DNA from: Candidatus Izimoplasma sp. HR2
Lineage (GTDB): Bacteria > Bacillota_I > Bacilli_A > Izemoplasmatales > Izemoplasmataceae
Direction: 5' to 3'
Assembly: GCA_000753575.1 (NCBI GenBank)
Contig: JRFF01000026.1
Coordinates: 64,238 to 128,237, forward strand
Length of the DNA stretch: 64,000 bases
The notes under the pieces are model-generated. The model searched no databases, was not told the DNA's origin, and saw only the letters and a list, made by a program, of their open reading frames with translations. Position numbers and translations under genes: made by a program. This document shows, in pieces, positions 31,590-40,360 of this stretch; position 1 is the stretch's first letter; the number at the start of each line of letters is the position of its first letter.

Positions 31590-32568
31590 TCACGGAGCTA
31601 ATCCTGATTTGTTTTATAGAAGTGCTAATATAAAAAAACCGAAAGAAGCAATTGATTTTTCGACAAATACAAATATTATAACTAAGAAGATAATATTAAA
31701 TATTAATAAACTAGCTCAAGAATATCCTGACTATACTCATCAAAGTATTAAGGATATATTATCGGTTAAACATAGCATTAAACATGAAGAAATTATTGTA
31801 ACTAATGGGATTAATGAAGTTATATATTTACTTTCAAATATATATAAAGATAAGAAAGTAGCTTTATTAAAAGATGATTACACAGAATACAAAAGAGCAT
31901 TTAAAGACACTGAAATTATATACTTTAATAATATATATGAAGTAAATGATGTAGACATATTATTATTTAGTAACCCTAATAATCCTTCAGGGCTTTATGA
32001 AGACTTATCTTTACAAATATCGAAATTATCAAAAACTATGACAGTGATAGTTGATGAATCATATATTGAATTTATTGAAGATAAAAAACATCATATAGAT
32101 AGTAATATCTTATATTTAAGAAGTCTTACAAAAATATATCATTTATCAGGATTAAGAATTGGTTACGCATTTGGGGATGAATACCTAATAAAAAAACTAT
32201 CTTCAATACAGCCAACGTGGAGTGTAAATAGTGTCGCACTTAAAGCGAGTGAAATCTATTTGAATGATTCAAAGTTTTTAATTAAAACAAGGGAATTTTA
32301 TAAAAAAGAAACTGTATTTTTAAAATCTAGAATTATTAAACTAGGATATAATATTTTACCTTCTAGTGTGAATTTCTTTTTAATAGAAGTTGAAAATGAT
32401 GATGATATAATAATCTACCTATTAAAAAGAGGGTTAGTTGTTAGACATACAAGAAGTTACCCGAATCTAAATGGTAATTATATTCGGGTAAGTGTAAAGA
32501 CTAGAAAACAAAATTTAAAACTTATTAAAGCTTTAAAGGAGTATAAAGATGAAAGTATATCTAGTTAG
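31576..32568 (+). CDS. cobD: Threonine-phosphate decarboxylase (class I/II aminotransferase fold)
   Basis: NHGAN N-terminus, NPNNPSG, SLTK PLP-lysine motif. Position after cbiB. Confidence 0.8.
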   Translation: MKYSNHGANPDLFYRSANIKKPKEAIDFSTNTNIITKKIILNINKLAQEYPDYTHQSIKDILSVKHSIKHEEIIVTNGINEVIYLLSNIYKDKKVALLKDDYTEYKRAFKDTEIIYFNNIYEVNDVDILLFSNPNNPSGLYEDLSLQISKLSKTMTVIVDESYIEFIEDKKHHIDSNILYLRSLTKIYHLSGLRIGYAFGDEYLIKKLSSIQPTWSVNSVALKASEIYLNDSKFLIKTREFYKKETVFLKSRIIKLGYNILPSSVNFFLIEVENDDDIIIYLLKRGLVVRHTRSYPNLNGNYIRVSVKTRKQNLKLIKALKEYKDESISS

Positions 32569-33118
32569 ACATGGTAAAACAGTTGGTAATGAAGAAAGAA
32601 GATACACAGGACAATCGAATGTTTCTGTATCAAAGAATGGGTTAGATGAGCTAATAAGTCTTAAATACATATATAAAGATATTAAGAACTTACCTGTTTA
32701 TACAAGTAGTTTAAATAGAACCGAAGAAACTGCGAGGATACTGTTTGGGGACTATAAGCATATTGATAGTTTACCTTTTATGAATGAAACAGATTTTGGT
32801 GACTTTGAAGGATTAAGATATACTGACCTGAAACAAGATGCTAACTATTTGATGTGGATTAATGATATCTATAATGAGATACCAAAAAACGGAGAGAGTT
32901 ATATTGCTTTTAAAGAAAGAGTTATTACTCCATTTCTGAATCATATTAATAAACTAACAGAAGATTCTATTTATGTTACTCATGGTGGAGTGATTAGAAT
33001 TATTATGTCTTCTCTTGTAGATTCTAATGTTGCTTTTTTTGATTGGGAAATTCCTAATGGGAAAGGATATATTCTTTGTTTAGTAGAGGGAAGAATTACG
33101 TATGAGGTTATAAAATGA
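32549..33118 (+). CDS. cobC: Alpha-ribazole phosphatase (histidine phosphatase family)
   Basis: VYLVRHGKT RHG motif and VTHGGVIR second His. Confidence 0.8.
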   Translation: MKVYLVRHGKTVGNEERRYTGQSNVSVSKNGLDELISLKYIYKDIKNLPVYTSSLNRTEETARILFGDYKHIDSLPFMNETDFGDFEGLRYTDLKQDANYLMWINDIYNEIPKNGESYIAFKERVITPFLNHINKLTEDSIYVTHGGVIRIIMSSLVDSNVAFFDWEIPNGKGYILCLVEGRITYEVIK

Positions 33119-34413
33119 AAACGATAATAATTGCTGGAACAAATAGTGGAGTTGGAAAAACAACAATAACAAAAGCACTTTTAACGCTTATAGATAATGC
33201 TCAAGCTTTTAAAATGGGACCAGATTTTATTGATCCATCATTTTATCGATATATTACGAAAAGAAATGTATATAATCTCGATTTATTTTGTTATCAAGAG
33301 GATAAACTAAAATATGTCTTTAATCGGTATAAAAAAAGTATAAATATTATCGAAGGTGTAATGGGATTATATGGAGGTCTAGGATTTACTTTAGATAATC
33401 ATTCAACAGCTCATACAGCAAGAACACTTGATGCACCAATTTTACTTGTTGTTGATGGTAAACATAAAGATTCATCAATTCAAGCAGAAGTACTAGGATA
33501 TATTAAAAGAGATGAAAGATTAAACATTAAGGGTGTAATTATTAATAATGTTTCTAAAAAAATGTATCAGTATTTATCAAATGCTTTGCAAGAAATAAAC
33601 ATTAAAACTTATGGATATCTCCCTAAAGTACAAGATATTACAATACCTGAAAGACATCTTGGGTTACTACAAGCTCAAGATATTGATAATCTTGATTTAA
33701 ACTTAAATAGATTAAAAGAAGTTGCTAATGAAACAATTGACGTTGGAGAGATAGTAAAAGATTTTGATCATACATTTAATTATCAGGGTATTGAATACTT
33801 TGATATCATCAAAGATATCTTTTTAAACAAGACAATTGCAATTACTAAAGATGAATCATTTAGTTTCTTTTATGATTTGCATCTTGAAATGTTAAAGTGT
33901 AGTGGTGCAAATATTGTATATTTTAGTCCTTTACACGATACTTCACTACCTACAGCAGACTTATATTATTTTAGTGGTGGCTATCCTGAAATATATGTTG
34001 AAGAATTAAGCAAAAATACGAGTATATTTAAAGAAATAAAAGAAACAAGTAAAGCAATTTACGCGGAATGCGGAGGGTATATTTATTTATCAAAAAGTAT
34101 CCTGATTAATAATAAAAAAACATCACTAGTAAATCTCTTTTTCAGTGATATTGTAATGACAAAAATGTTGGATTTTAAACACTTTGGATATTTAGATATT
34201 ATTACAAAAGATGGTTATAAAATAAAAGGTCATGAATTTCATTATTCAAAATTAATTGATTCAAAAGAAAAAGATAATTACTATAATGTTGTTAATAAAG
34301 AGTATATAACAGGGGTTATTAAAGAAAATATAAAAGGAGGATACCCACATATTTTATGGCTATCCAATTTAGAGTATTATAAAAAAATATTTAATGGAGG
34401 AAAAGATGAATAA
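33115..34413 (+). CDS. cbiA: Cobyrinic acid a,c-diamide synthase
   Basis: IIAGTNSGVGKTT P-loop, C-terminal GATase with ECGG. 432 aa. Confidence 0.85.
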   Translation: MKTIIIAGTNSGVGKTTITKALLTLIDNAQAFKMGPDFIDPSFYRYITKRNVYNLDLFCYQEDKLKYVFNRYKKSINIIEGVMGLYGGLGFTLDNHSTAHTARTLDAPILLVVDGKHKDSSIQAEVLGYIKRDERLNIKGVIINNVSKKMYQYLSNALQEINIKTYGYLPKVQDITIPERHLGLLQAQDIDNLDLNLNRLKEVANETIDVGEIVKDFDHTFNYQGIEYFDIIKDIFLNKTIAITKDESFSFFYDLHLEMLKCSGANIVYFSPLHDTSLPTADLYYFSGGYPEIYVEELSKNTSIFKEIKETSKAIYAECGGYIYLSKSILINNKKTSLVNLFFSDIVMTKMLDFKHFGYLDIITKDGYKIKGHEFHYSKLIDSKEKDNYYNVVNKEYITGVIKENIKGGYPHILWLSNLEYYKKIFNGGKDE

Positions 34414-34897
34414 AGGAGTTAGACGCATTACATTTACGGGATTAATGATTGCACTTAGTGCTATATTTGCAAACATTCCAATACCTGGATTCCCAACATT
34501 AGCTTTTGATGCTATACCAGGATATTTAGTCGCAATTTTAATAAATCCAGTTTCAGGAGGAATTATCGCCCTTTTTGGACATTTAGTAACAGCCCTTATC
34601 CATGGTGCCCCTCTAGGAATACCTAGTCATATAATTATTGCATTATCTATGTTTATTTCAGCATATGCACTTGGTCTAATATTTAAAAAAGATAAAATCT
34701 ATAGAATAGTAATAGCTGTAATAATTGCTACATTATTAAATACATATTTGTCTTTTCCGTTTTTAATATTTTTACTAAGAGTACCAGCAGCATATATTCT
34801 TCCATTACAAATTCCTCTTATAATTGCTAGTTTAGTTAATATTTGCGTAGCTATCTTTATATATTTTCCACTTCATAGTATTAGGATAGATTTATAA
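34406..34897 (+). CDS. ECF S-component-like membrane protein, candidate lower-ligand (alpha-ribazole/DMB) transporter CblT
   Basis: About 5 TM segments, 163 aa, GGAGG RBS, embedded in the B12 operon. The CblT assignment is by context only. Confidence 0.4.
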   Translation: MNKGVRRITFTGLMIALSAIFANIPIPGFPTLAFDAIPGYLVAILINPVSGGIIALFGHLVTALIHGAPLGIPSHIIIALSMFISAYALGLIFKKDKIYRIVIAVIIATLLNTYLSFPFLIFLLRVPAAYILPLQIPLIIASLVNICVAIFIYFPLHSIRIDL

Positions 34898-35403
34898 TGC
34901 TAATTCTAGTATCAGGGGGAGTTCGTAGTAATAAGTCATTATTTGCAGAATCACTTATAAATAATAATAAAGTATATATTGCAACAATGAAGTTCTCTGA
35001 TAAAGAAACAAAAAAAAGAATTATAGCTCATCAAAAAAGAAGAGATAAATCGTGGAATAATTATGAAGTGTATAATAATTTTAGTTATAATATTGAATAT
35101 AATAATAAGGAAATACTATTAGATTGTTTAACCAATTTAGTAACTAATGAATTGATTGAGGGCAAAGATAAAAGTTATATTATTGAATCAATTTATAATG
35201 CTATTGTTGAAATTAGTAAAAATACTGATAAGCTTGTTATAGTAACAAATAATGTTTTTGAAGAAGTAGATGATTATTCAGAATTAACTAAAGATTTTTT
35301 AGAAGTATTAGGAAAACTTTCAGTTAGTATTTCACAAATAGCAGATTATGTTTATATATGCGAAGCGGGAATTTGTGTAAATATTTTGGAGGGACAAAAA
35401 TGA
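34897..35403 (+). CDS. cobU: Adenosylcobinamide kinase/guanylyltransferase homolog with atypical P-loop
   Basis: Aligns by eye to CobU (ILVSGGVRSNKS vs ILVTGGARSGKS; IAHQ His region; VTNNV...). The glycine before the Walker lysine is replaced by Asn. Confidence 0.75.
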   Translation: MLILVSGGVRSNKSLFAESLINNNKVYIATMKFSDKETKKRIIAHQKRRDKSWNNYEVYNNFSYNIEYNNKEILLDCLTNLVTNELIEGKDKSYIIESIYNAIVEISKNTDKLVIVTNNVFEEVDDYSELTKDFLEVLGKLSVSISQIADYVYICEAGICVNILEGQK

Positions 35404-36173
35404 AAAAGATATTTAAGATATTTATAATATCATTAGGGTATTTTACAACAATACCTGTTCCTTATTTAAAATGGGAAGATAAATTAAATAAATATATTCC
35501 TTTATTTATTCCTCTTATTGGAATAATAATAGGAACAATATTTTTTGGATTAATAAAATTTATGGAGATTGCACCTATTTCATCACTATTACAAAGTTCG
35601 ATTATTGTAGTGTTTTTTATTTTTATAACTGGAGGACTTCATTTAGATGGATTTATGGATACTTGTGATGCGCATTTTAGTCGTAGAGAGATTCCAAAAA
35701 AACTCATAATAATGAAGGATTCAAATGTAGGAGCTTTTGCTGTCGTTTTTTTACTTGTTCTTTTTCTTATAAAACTTACAGTTATTAATGAAGTAGTATT
35801 AAATAATGATTTAGTTTACATTGTAATTTTGATTCCTATAATTTCAAGAATATATGAATCTTTATTACTTTTAAATACTAGAAAAGCAAAAGATAGTTCT
35901 CTGCAAGCAATGTATGGATCGTTATCAAAAAAATATCAATTAGTATATGTTTTATATATAATAGTTACTATCATAATTGGGTCATTATTAAATGAGTTAT
36001 TATTTGTTTTAACATTGCATACAATTGCAATATTATATTTACTTTACTATAAAAGATTTGCTATTAAACAGTTTGGTGGAATAACTGGAGATGTAGTAGG
36101 TGCTTATGTAGAAATAGTAGAAGTAATTTTATGGACGGGGGTATTACTTTATGGAATTCTATATTGGGGGTAA
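35400..36173 (+). CDS. cobS: Adenosylcobinamide-GDP ribazoletransferase (cobalamin synthase)
   Basis: FTTIPV, GG.HLDGFMDT and GG.TGD motifs. GGAGGG RBS before 35400. Confidence 0.88.
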   Translation: MKKIFKIFIISLGYFTTIPVPYLKWEDKLNKYIPLFIPLIGIIIGTIFFGLIKFMEIAPISSLLQSSIIVVFFIFITGGLHLDGFMDTCDAHFSRREIPKKLIIMKDSNVGAFAVVFLLVLFLIKLTVINEVVLNNDLVYIVILIPIISRIYESLLLLNTRKAKDSSLQAMYGSLSKKYQLVYVLYIIVTIIIGSLLNELLFVLTLHTIAILYLLYYKRFAIKQFGGITGDVVGAYVEIVEVILWTGVLLYGILYWG

Positions 36174-36519
36174 ATATAACGGTAAATTAGAATACGTATT
36201 GAATAAGTATAAAAAAAATGAGTATTTTGATATATCCAAGGACTCCGTTGATGCTATTCTTGATTATGATATTATTAACAATATTGATGATGTTGTACTA
36301 TTTCTCTTACAGAAAGATGAAGACCCTATAAAGTATTTAAAAAAACTTTCATTTGACAATAAAATCATTATTGGGAATATTATTACAAATGGAGTTGTCC
36401 CTATTAATAAACTTCACAGAGAGTTAAGAGATGATGTTGGCTCTTTATATAAATATCTTGTGTCTGTATCAGATTCTACATACAACATTATATATGGAAT
36501 TGAAGTGAAGTTAAAATGA
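36151..36519 (+). CDS. Truncated CobU-like paralog (P-loop + C-terminal segment, central His region missing)
   Basis: FYIGGKYNGK resembles the CobU P-loop. C-terminal TNGVVPINKLHRELRDDVG...YGIEVKLK parallels CobU [23 protein letters not shown]...SGIGVKIK. Confidence 0.5.
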   Translation: MEFYIGGKYNGKLEYVLNKYKKNEYFDISKDSVDAILDYDIINNIDDVVLFLLQKDEDPIKYLKKLSFDNKIIIGNIITNGVVPINKLHRELRDDVGSLYKYLVSVSDSTYNIIYGIEVKLK

Positions 36520-37187
36520 ATGAAATAATAATAGACTCTAAAAATAAGCTTATAGTTACTACAGATAATGCAGGAAGTATTGGTGAAAAAGTTAATGATA
36601 CAATTCAAGTTTCATATGATGTTGTATCATATTTCACTTTGCGTAATGCAATAATTGACAATTTAGCTCAAAACACTAAATTGTTATCGTTCACATTTGC
36701 AAATTTTAATGGTAACGACGCATATAATAAAATTATCAAAGGTATAAATAGAGTATTTGATGAAATAGGATATAAGATACCATATACAAGTAGTACTGAA
36801 AGCAATTATATAATGAAAGAATCAGCTTTTAGTGTGACAGTAATAGGTGAAAAACAGCAATATATAAACACTAGATATAAAAAATATGCTGTAGTAGGAA
36901 AACCATTAATTGGTATTGAAATAATAAATCAAAAAGACGATATTGTTACATTAAAAGAATTTGAGTATCTTTTAAATCACAAAGATATTTCATTAATTAT
37001 CCCTGTAGGATCTAAAGGTATTAATCATAGAACTAAGATGTTACTAGATAAAAAGTTTGTATCTGATAAAATAGATCTAAATAAAAGTGCAGGTCCATCA
37101 ACGTGTATTCTAATCGAGTATAAAAAACTTAATGATATTGATAAAGAAATAATAAAAAAAGTTACTGCGTTAGAACTACTAAGGTAA
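36516..37187 (+). CDS. Uncharacterised B12-operon protein, candidate alpha-ribazole kinase (CblS-like, PurM/ThiL-like N-terminal motif)
   Basis: VTTDNAGSIGEK and IIPVGSKG motifs. Position in an operon that lacks cobT. The assignment is inference. Confidence 0.35.
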   Translation: MNEIIIDSKNKLIVTTDNAGSIGEKVNDTIQVSYDVVSYFTLRNAIIDNLAQNTKLLSFTFANFNGNDAYNKIIKGINRVFDEIGYKIPYTSSTESNYIMKESAFSVTVIGEKQQYINTRYKKYAVVGKPLIGIEIINQKDDIVTLKEFEYLLNHKDISLIIPVGSKGINHRTKMLLDKKFVSDKIDLNKSAGPSTCILIEYKKLNDIDKEIIKKVTALELLR

Positions 37188-37209
37188 AAATGCTTTTAAG
37201 GAGGAAACT

Positions 37210-37467
37210 GTGAAAGAAAAAAATAGTTATAAATATTTTTGTAATAAAGAATGTGAATATTTTCCATGTCATGATCTCCCAGTTGATAACTTTAATTGTT
37301 TGTTTTGTTTTTGCCCGTTATATGAGTTTAGTGATTGTGGAGGAACATATAAGATGATTAAGTTGAAAAATGGTAAAGAAATTAAAAGTTGTATTGATTG
37401 TACTGTTCCTCATAGGAAAGAAAATTATGATTACATTATGAAAATACTCACAGAACACAGGTTTTGA
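37210..37467 (+). CDS. Cysteine-rich small domain protein (B12-operon-associated, function unknown)
   Basis: GTG start after AAGGAGG. 85 aa with 11 Cys (C..C...C; C..C.C; C; C..C). Confidence 0.6.
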   Translation: MKEKNSYKYFCNKECEYFPCHDLPVDNFNCLFCFCPLYEFSDCGGTYKMIKLKNGKEIKSCIDCTVPHRKENYDYIMKILTEHRF

Positions 37468-37520
37468 AAAAATCTTAATATGGGCTCCAACATATGTACC
37501 TGTGTTGTACCAAATAAACT

Positions 37521-37595
37521 TTGAGGAGTTTATTCTCCACCGAACAAACCTGCACCGGACGCGAATAAGTCACAGGGACCATCAACTCCACCAAT
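37521..37595 (+). repeat. attR-like tmRNA-3'-end remnants, including an exact 14-nt copy of the ssrA 3' core
   Basis: 37582-37595 TCAACTCCACCAAT is identical to 21356-21369. It is preceded by GGACGCGAATAAGTCACAGGGACCA. A second weaker copy, TCTCCACCGAA, lies at 37535-37545. Confidence 0.65.
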
Positions 37596-37613
37596 ATTAT
37601 TATTAAAACGAAA

Positions 37614-37640
37614 GACCATCAGTTATTGATGGCCTTTTTA
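37614..37640 (+). terminator. Intrinsic terminator after the B12 operon
   Basis: GACCATCA/TGATGGCC hairpin followed by T5. Confidence 0.6.
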
Positions 37641-37775
37641 TATCTTTATTTAGCAGAATTTTCAAATACATTTAGAGTCATATAATTTAAAGATACATGT
37701 GGATGACTGAAATTGGAATAAAACGGATTATTAAGGCCGTTTTTTTTATAACATTTGGTGCAAAAAAATTATATA

Positions 37776-37803
37776 TTGAGAATTTCATTGTTAGTGTTAT
37801 AAT
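37776..37803 (+). promoter_or_regulatory. Promoter of the PAS-GGDEF-HD-GYP gene
   Basis: TTGAGA, 16-nt spacer, TGtTATAAT (extended -10). Confidence 0.45.
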
Positions 37804-37904
37804 TAAGTCGTAGAGAGAGTTGTGAGTCGTTTTTTTGTTGAATTTTAGTACTTTATATATGTGTTCTTTTTTGCACGTCTCACCTCCTCTAATAGGGGGT
37901 CCAT

Positions 37905-40340
37905 ATGGGAAACGAAATGTTAATGGGAATTATTAATAATGCTATTCTGCTTTTAGGACTTGGAATTTTATATTCTATAATACCAATTGAAAAATCAATA
38001 AATAAAACAATTCAATCATTAATAATTGGATTGTTCTTATCAATGATTGTTATCTTTGTAATGTTAAATCCTTTTGAGGTTGCCCAAGGAGTTGTTCTAG
38101 ACACTAGATCAATTCTTATTAGTGTGGCAGCATTTTTCTTTGGATTTATTCCTGTTTTAATTGTTGTAATATCCGCATCGATATTAAGAATTTCAGACGG
38201 GGGATCTGGAGTTGTTACTGGTGTCTTAGTTATAGTTTCTTCTGGCATAATTGGTCTTTTGTTTAGGAAATTTCGTTATAGTAAAATAATGGATAAGAAG
38301 ATTCGCAGATTAATTGAATTCTATATATTTGCTTTTGTAGTTCATGTAGTTATGTTGATTATGTTTTTAGCGTTGCCAGAAGACATAAGATTTGATTTAA
38401 TTATTAAAGTATCACCTTCAGTTTTAATAGTATATCCAATAGTTACTGTTGCTTACGGTTTATTGATGTTTTTTAGATATGATAATGTAACCGAAAGAGA
38501 AAAATTGGTATCTGAACTTATTAAAGAAAAACAACAATCAGAAATCACTTTGTTATCTGTAGGTGATGGTGTAATTGCAACAGACAAAAGTGGAATAATA
38601 ACTTTGATAAATGTAGTGGCAGAAAATTTAACAGGATGGAAACAAGAAGAAGCAATTGGAAAGAATATTGAAGAAGTATTTAATATTTTTAATGAATACA
38701 CAAAAATCAAAAGCAGTAATATTGTTAACGAAGTTATAAAAAGTGGGAGTGCACAAGAGCTCGCCAACCACACTATTCTATTATCAAAAATAGGAGAAGA
38801 AAGTCCTATCGAAGATAGTGCTGCTCCAATAATAGATCCTAATGGAGAAATAACGGGTGTTGTTTTAGTATTTAGAGATTTATCAGAAAAACAACAAAAA
38901 AGATACGAGATGGAATTACTATTAAATTCGACTCTAGAAGGAATCTATGGTGTTGATAAAAATGAAAACTGTACTTTTGTTAATAAAAGTTTTCTAGAAA
39001 TTCTAGGATTTGATAGTAAAGAAGAAATACTTGGTAAAAATATGCATGATTTAATCCATCATTCATTTGAAGATGGAACTCCGTATCCTTCTAATAAATG
39101 CCGTTTTTCTAATGCTTTAGCTAAAGGAGAACATATCATAATAGATGGGGTATTATGGAGAAAAGATGGTACAACCATTTCGGTAGCGTTTTCACAGACG
39201 CCCCAAATTAAAAACGGTGAAATTAGTGGTGCTGTTTGCACTTTTAAAGATATAACAGAAAGAAAACAAGCAACGAAGTTGTTAGAATTCACTGCGAATA
39301 ACGACTTTTTAACTGGATTACATAATAGACGATATTTTGAGAAAAATCTTTTATACTATGATAAATCAGAAAATTTACCACTAACAATTGTTATGGCTGA
39401 TATAAATGGACTAAAATTAATAAACGATGCATTTGGTCATGAATCTGGTGATAAACTGTTAATTTATGCATCAAATATAATTACTGAATCATGTAAAGAA
39501 CAGGATTTAATTGCTAGAATTGGTGGAGATGAATTTGTAATTGTAATGCCTAACACTAATGAAAAAGATGCTGAAAAGATAATAAACACCATAAATAAGA
39601 AAAGCGCATTAATAAAAATTGAATCATTAGAATTATCAATATCTTTTGGATACAAGAGTAAAACAATGGAATACGAAGTTATTCAGGATGTATATAGAAG
39701 TGCTGAAGATCTTATGTATCGAGAAAAACTTCTTAAAATACCTTCAATGAGAAGTAACGCAATAGAGACAATTCTAAACACTCTATATGAAAAAGATAAG
39801 AATTCAGAGATACATTCTAGAAGTGTATCATTAATAAGTGAGAAAATAGCAATTGCTATTGGAATGAGTAGACAAGATATTGCTGAAGTTAAGACAGCAG
39901 GATTACTACATGATATAGGGAAAATTATTACTCCTTTATCAATTATCAATAAAGTGGGAAAATTATCTTCGGATGAATACTCAATAATGAAAAACCATTC
40001 TGAGATAGGATTTAGAATTTTGAACTCAACTCAACCTATGAGAGGAATATCCAATATTGTTTTAAATCATCATGAAAGATGGGATGGGATGGGCTATCCG
40101 AGAGGGATAAAACAAGAAGAAATACCTATAAAGTCTAGGATTATCTCTATAGCTGACGCATTTGATGCAATGACTAGCGAGAGAACTTACCGCGATAAGA
40201 TTTCAGATGAGGAAGCTTTAAAAGAAATTATTGATAATGGTGGAACTCAATTTGATCCTAAATTAGTCAAAATACTTAAAGAAAAATTCAAAGAGATTAT
40301 CTCAAGTTCAGATAATATAATGCCAAAAGATAATATATAA
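37905..40340 (+). CDS. Membrane sensor with 2 PAS domains, GGDEF and HD-GYP domains (c-di-GMP turnover)
   Basis: About 6 TM segments, PAS regions, IGGDEF with NGLKLINDAFGH, LLHDIGK and HHERWDGMGYPRG. Confidence 0.9.
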   Translation: MGNEMLMGIINNAILLLGLGILYSIIPIEKSINKTIQSLIIGLFLSMIVIFVMLNPFEVAQGVVLDTRSILISVAAFFFGFIPVLIVVISASILRISDGGSGVVTGVLVIVSSGIIGLLFRKFRYSKIMDKKIRRLIEFYIFAFVVHVVMLIMFLALPEDIRFDLIIKVSPSVLIVYPIVTVAYGLLMFFRYDNVTEREKLVSELIKEKQQSEITLLSVGDGVIATDKSGIITLINVVAENLTGWKQEEAIGKNIEEVFNIFNEYTKIKSSNIVNEVIKSGSAQELANHTILLSKIGEESPIEDSAAPIIDPNGEITGVVLVFRDLSEKQQKRYEMELLLNSTLEGIYGVDKNENCTFVNKSFLEILGFDSKEEILGKNMHDLIHHSFEDGTPYPSNKCRFSNALAKGEHIIIDGVLWRKDGTTISVAFSQTPQIKNGEISGAVCTFKDITERKQATKLLEFTANNDFLTGLHNRRYFEKNLLYYDKSENLPLTIVMADINGLKLINDAFGHESGDKLLIYASNIITESCKEQDLIARIGGDEFVIVMPNTNEKDAEKIINTINKKSALIKIESLELSISFGYKSKTMEYEVIQDVYRSAEDLMYREKLLKIPSMRSNAIETILNTLYEKDKNSEIHSRSVSLISEKIAIAIGMSRQDIAEVKTAGLLHDIGKIITPLSIINKVGKLSSDEYSIMKNHSEIGFRILNSTQPMRGISNIVLNHHERWDGMGYPRGIKQEEIPIKSRIISIADAFDAMTSERTYRDKISDEEALKEIIDNGGTQFDPKLVKILKEKFKEIISSSDNIMPKDNI

Positions 40341-40360
40341 TAAACAAAGTAACTAATTGT

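Noticed and set aside
37482-37526. 14-codon ORF MGSNICTCVVPNKL after the B12 operon
   Set aside because: It has no RBS and lies inside the att-remnant region. It is probably fortuitous.
37871-37904. Anti-SD-like CACCTCCTC facing the AGGGGG RBS of the PAS-GGDEF-HD-GYP gene
   Set aside because: It allows only a 5-bp pairing that includes a G-U. That is too weak to call a regulatory hairpin without conservation data.
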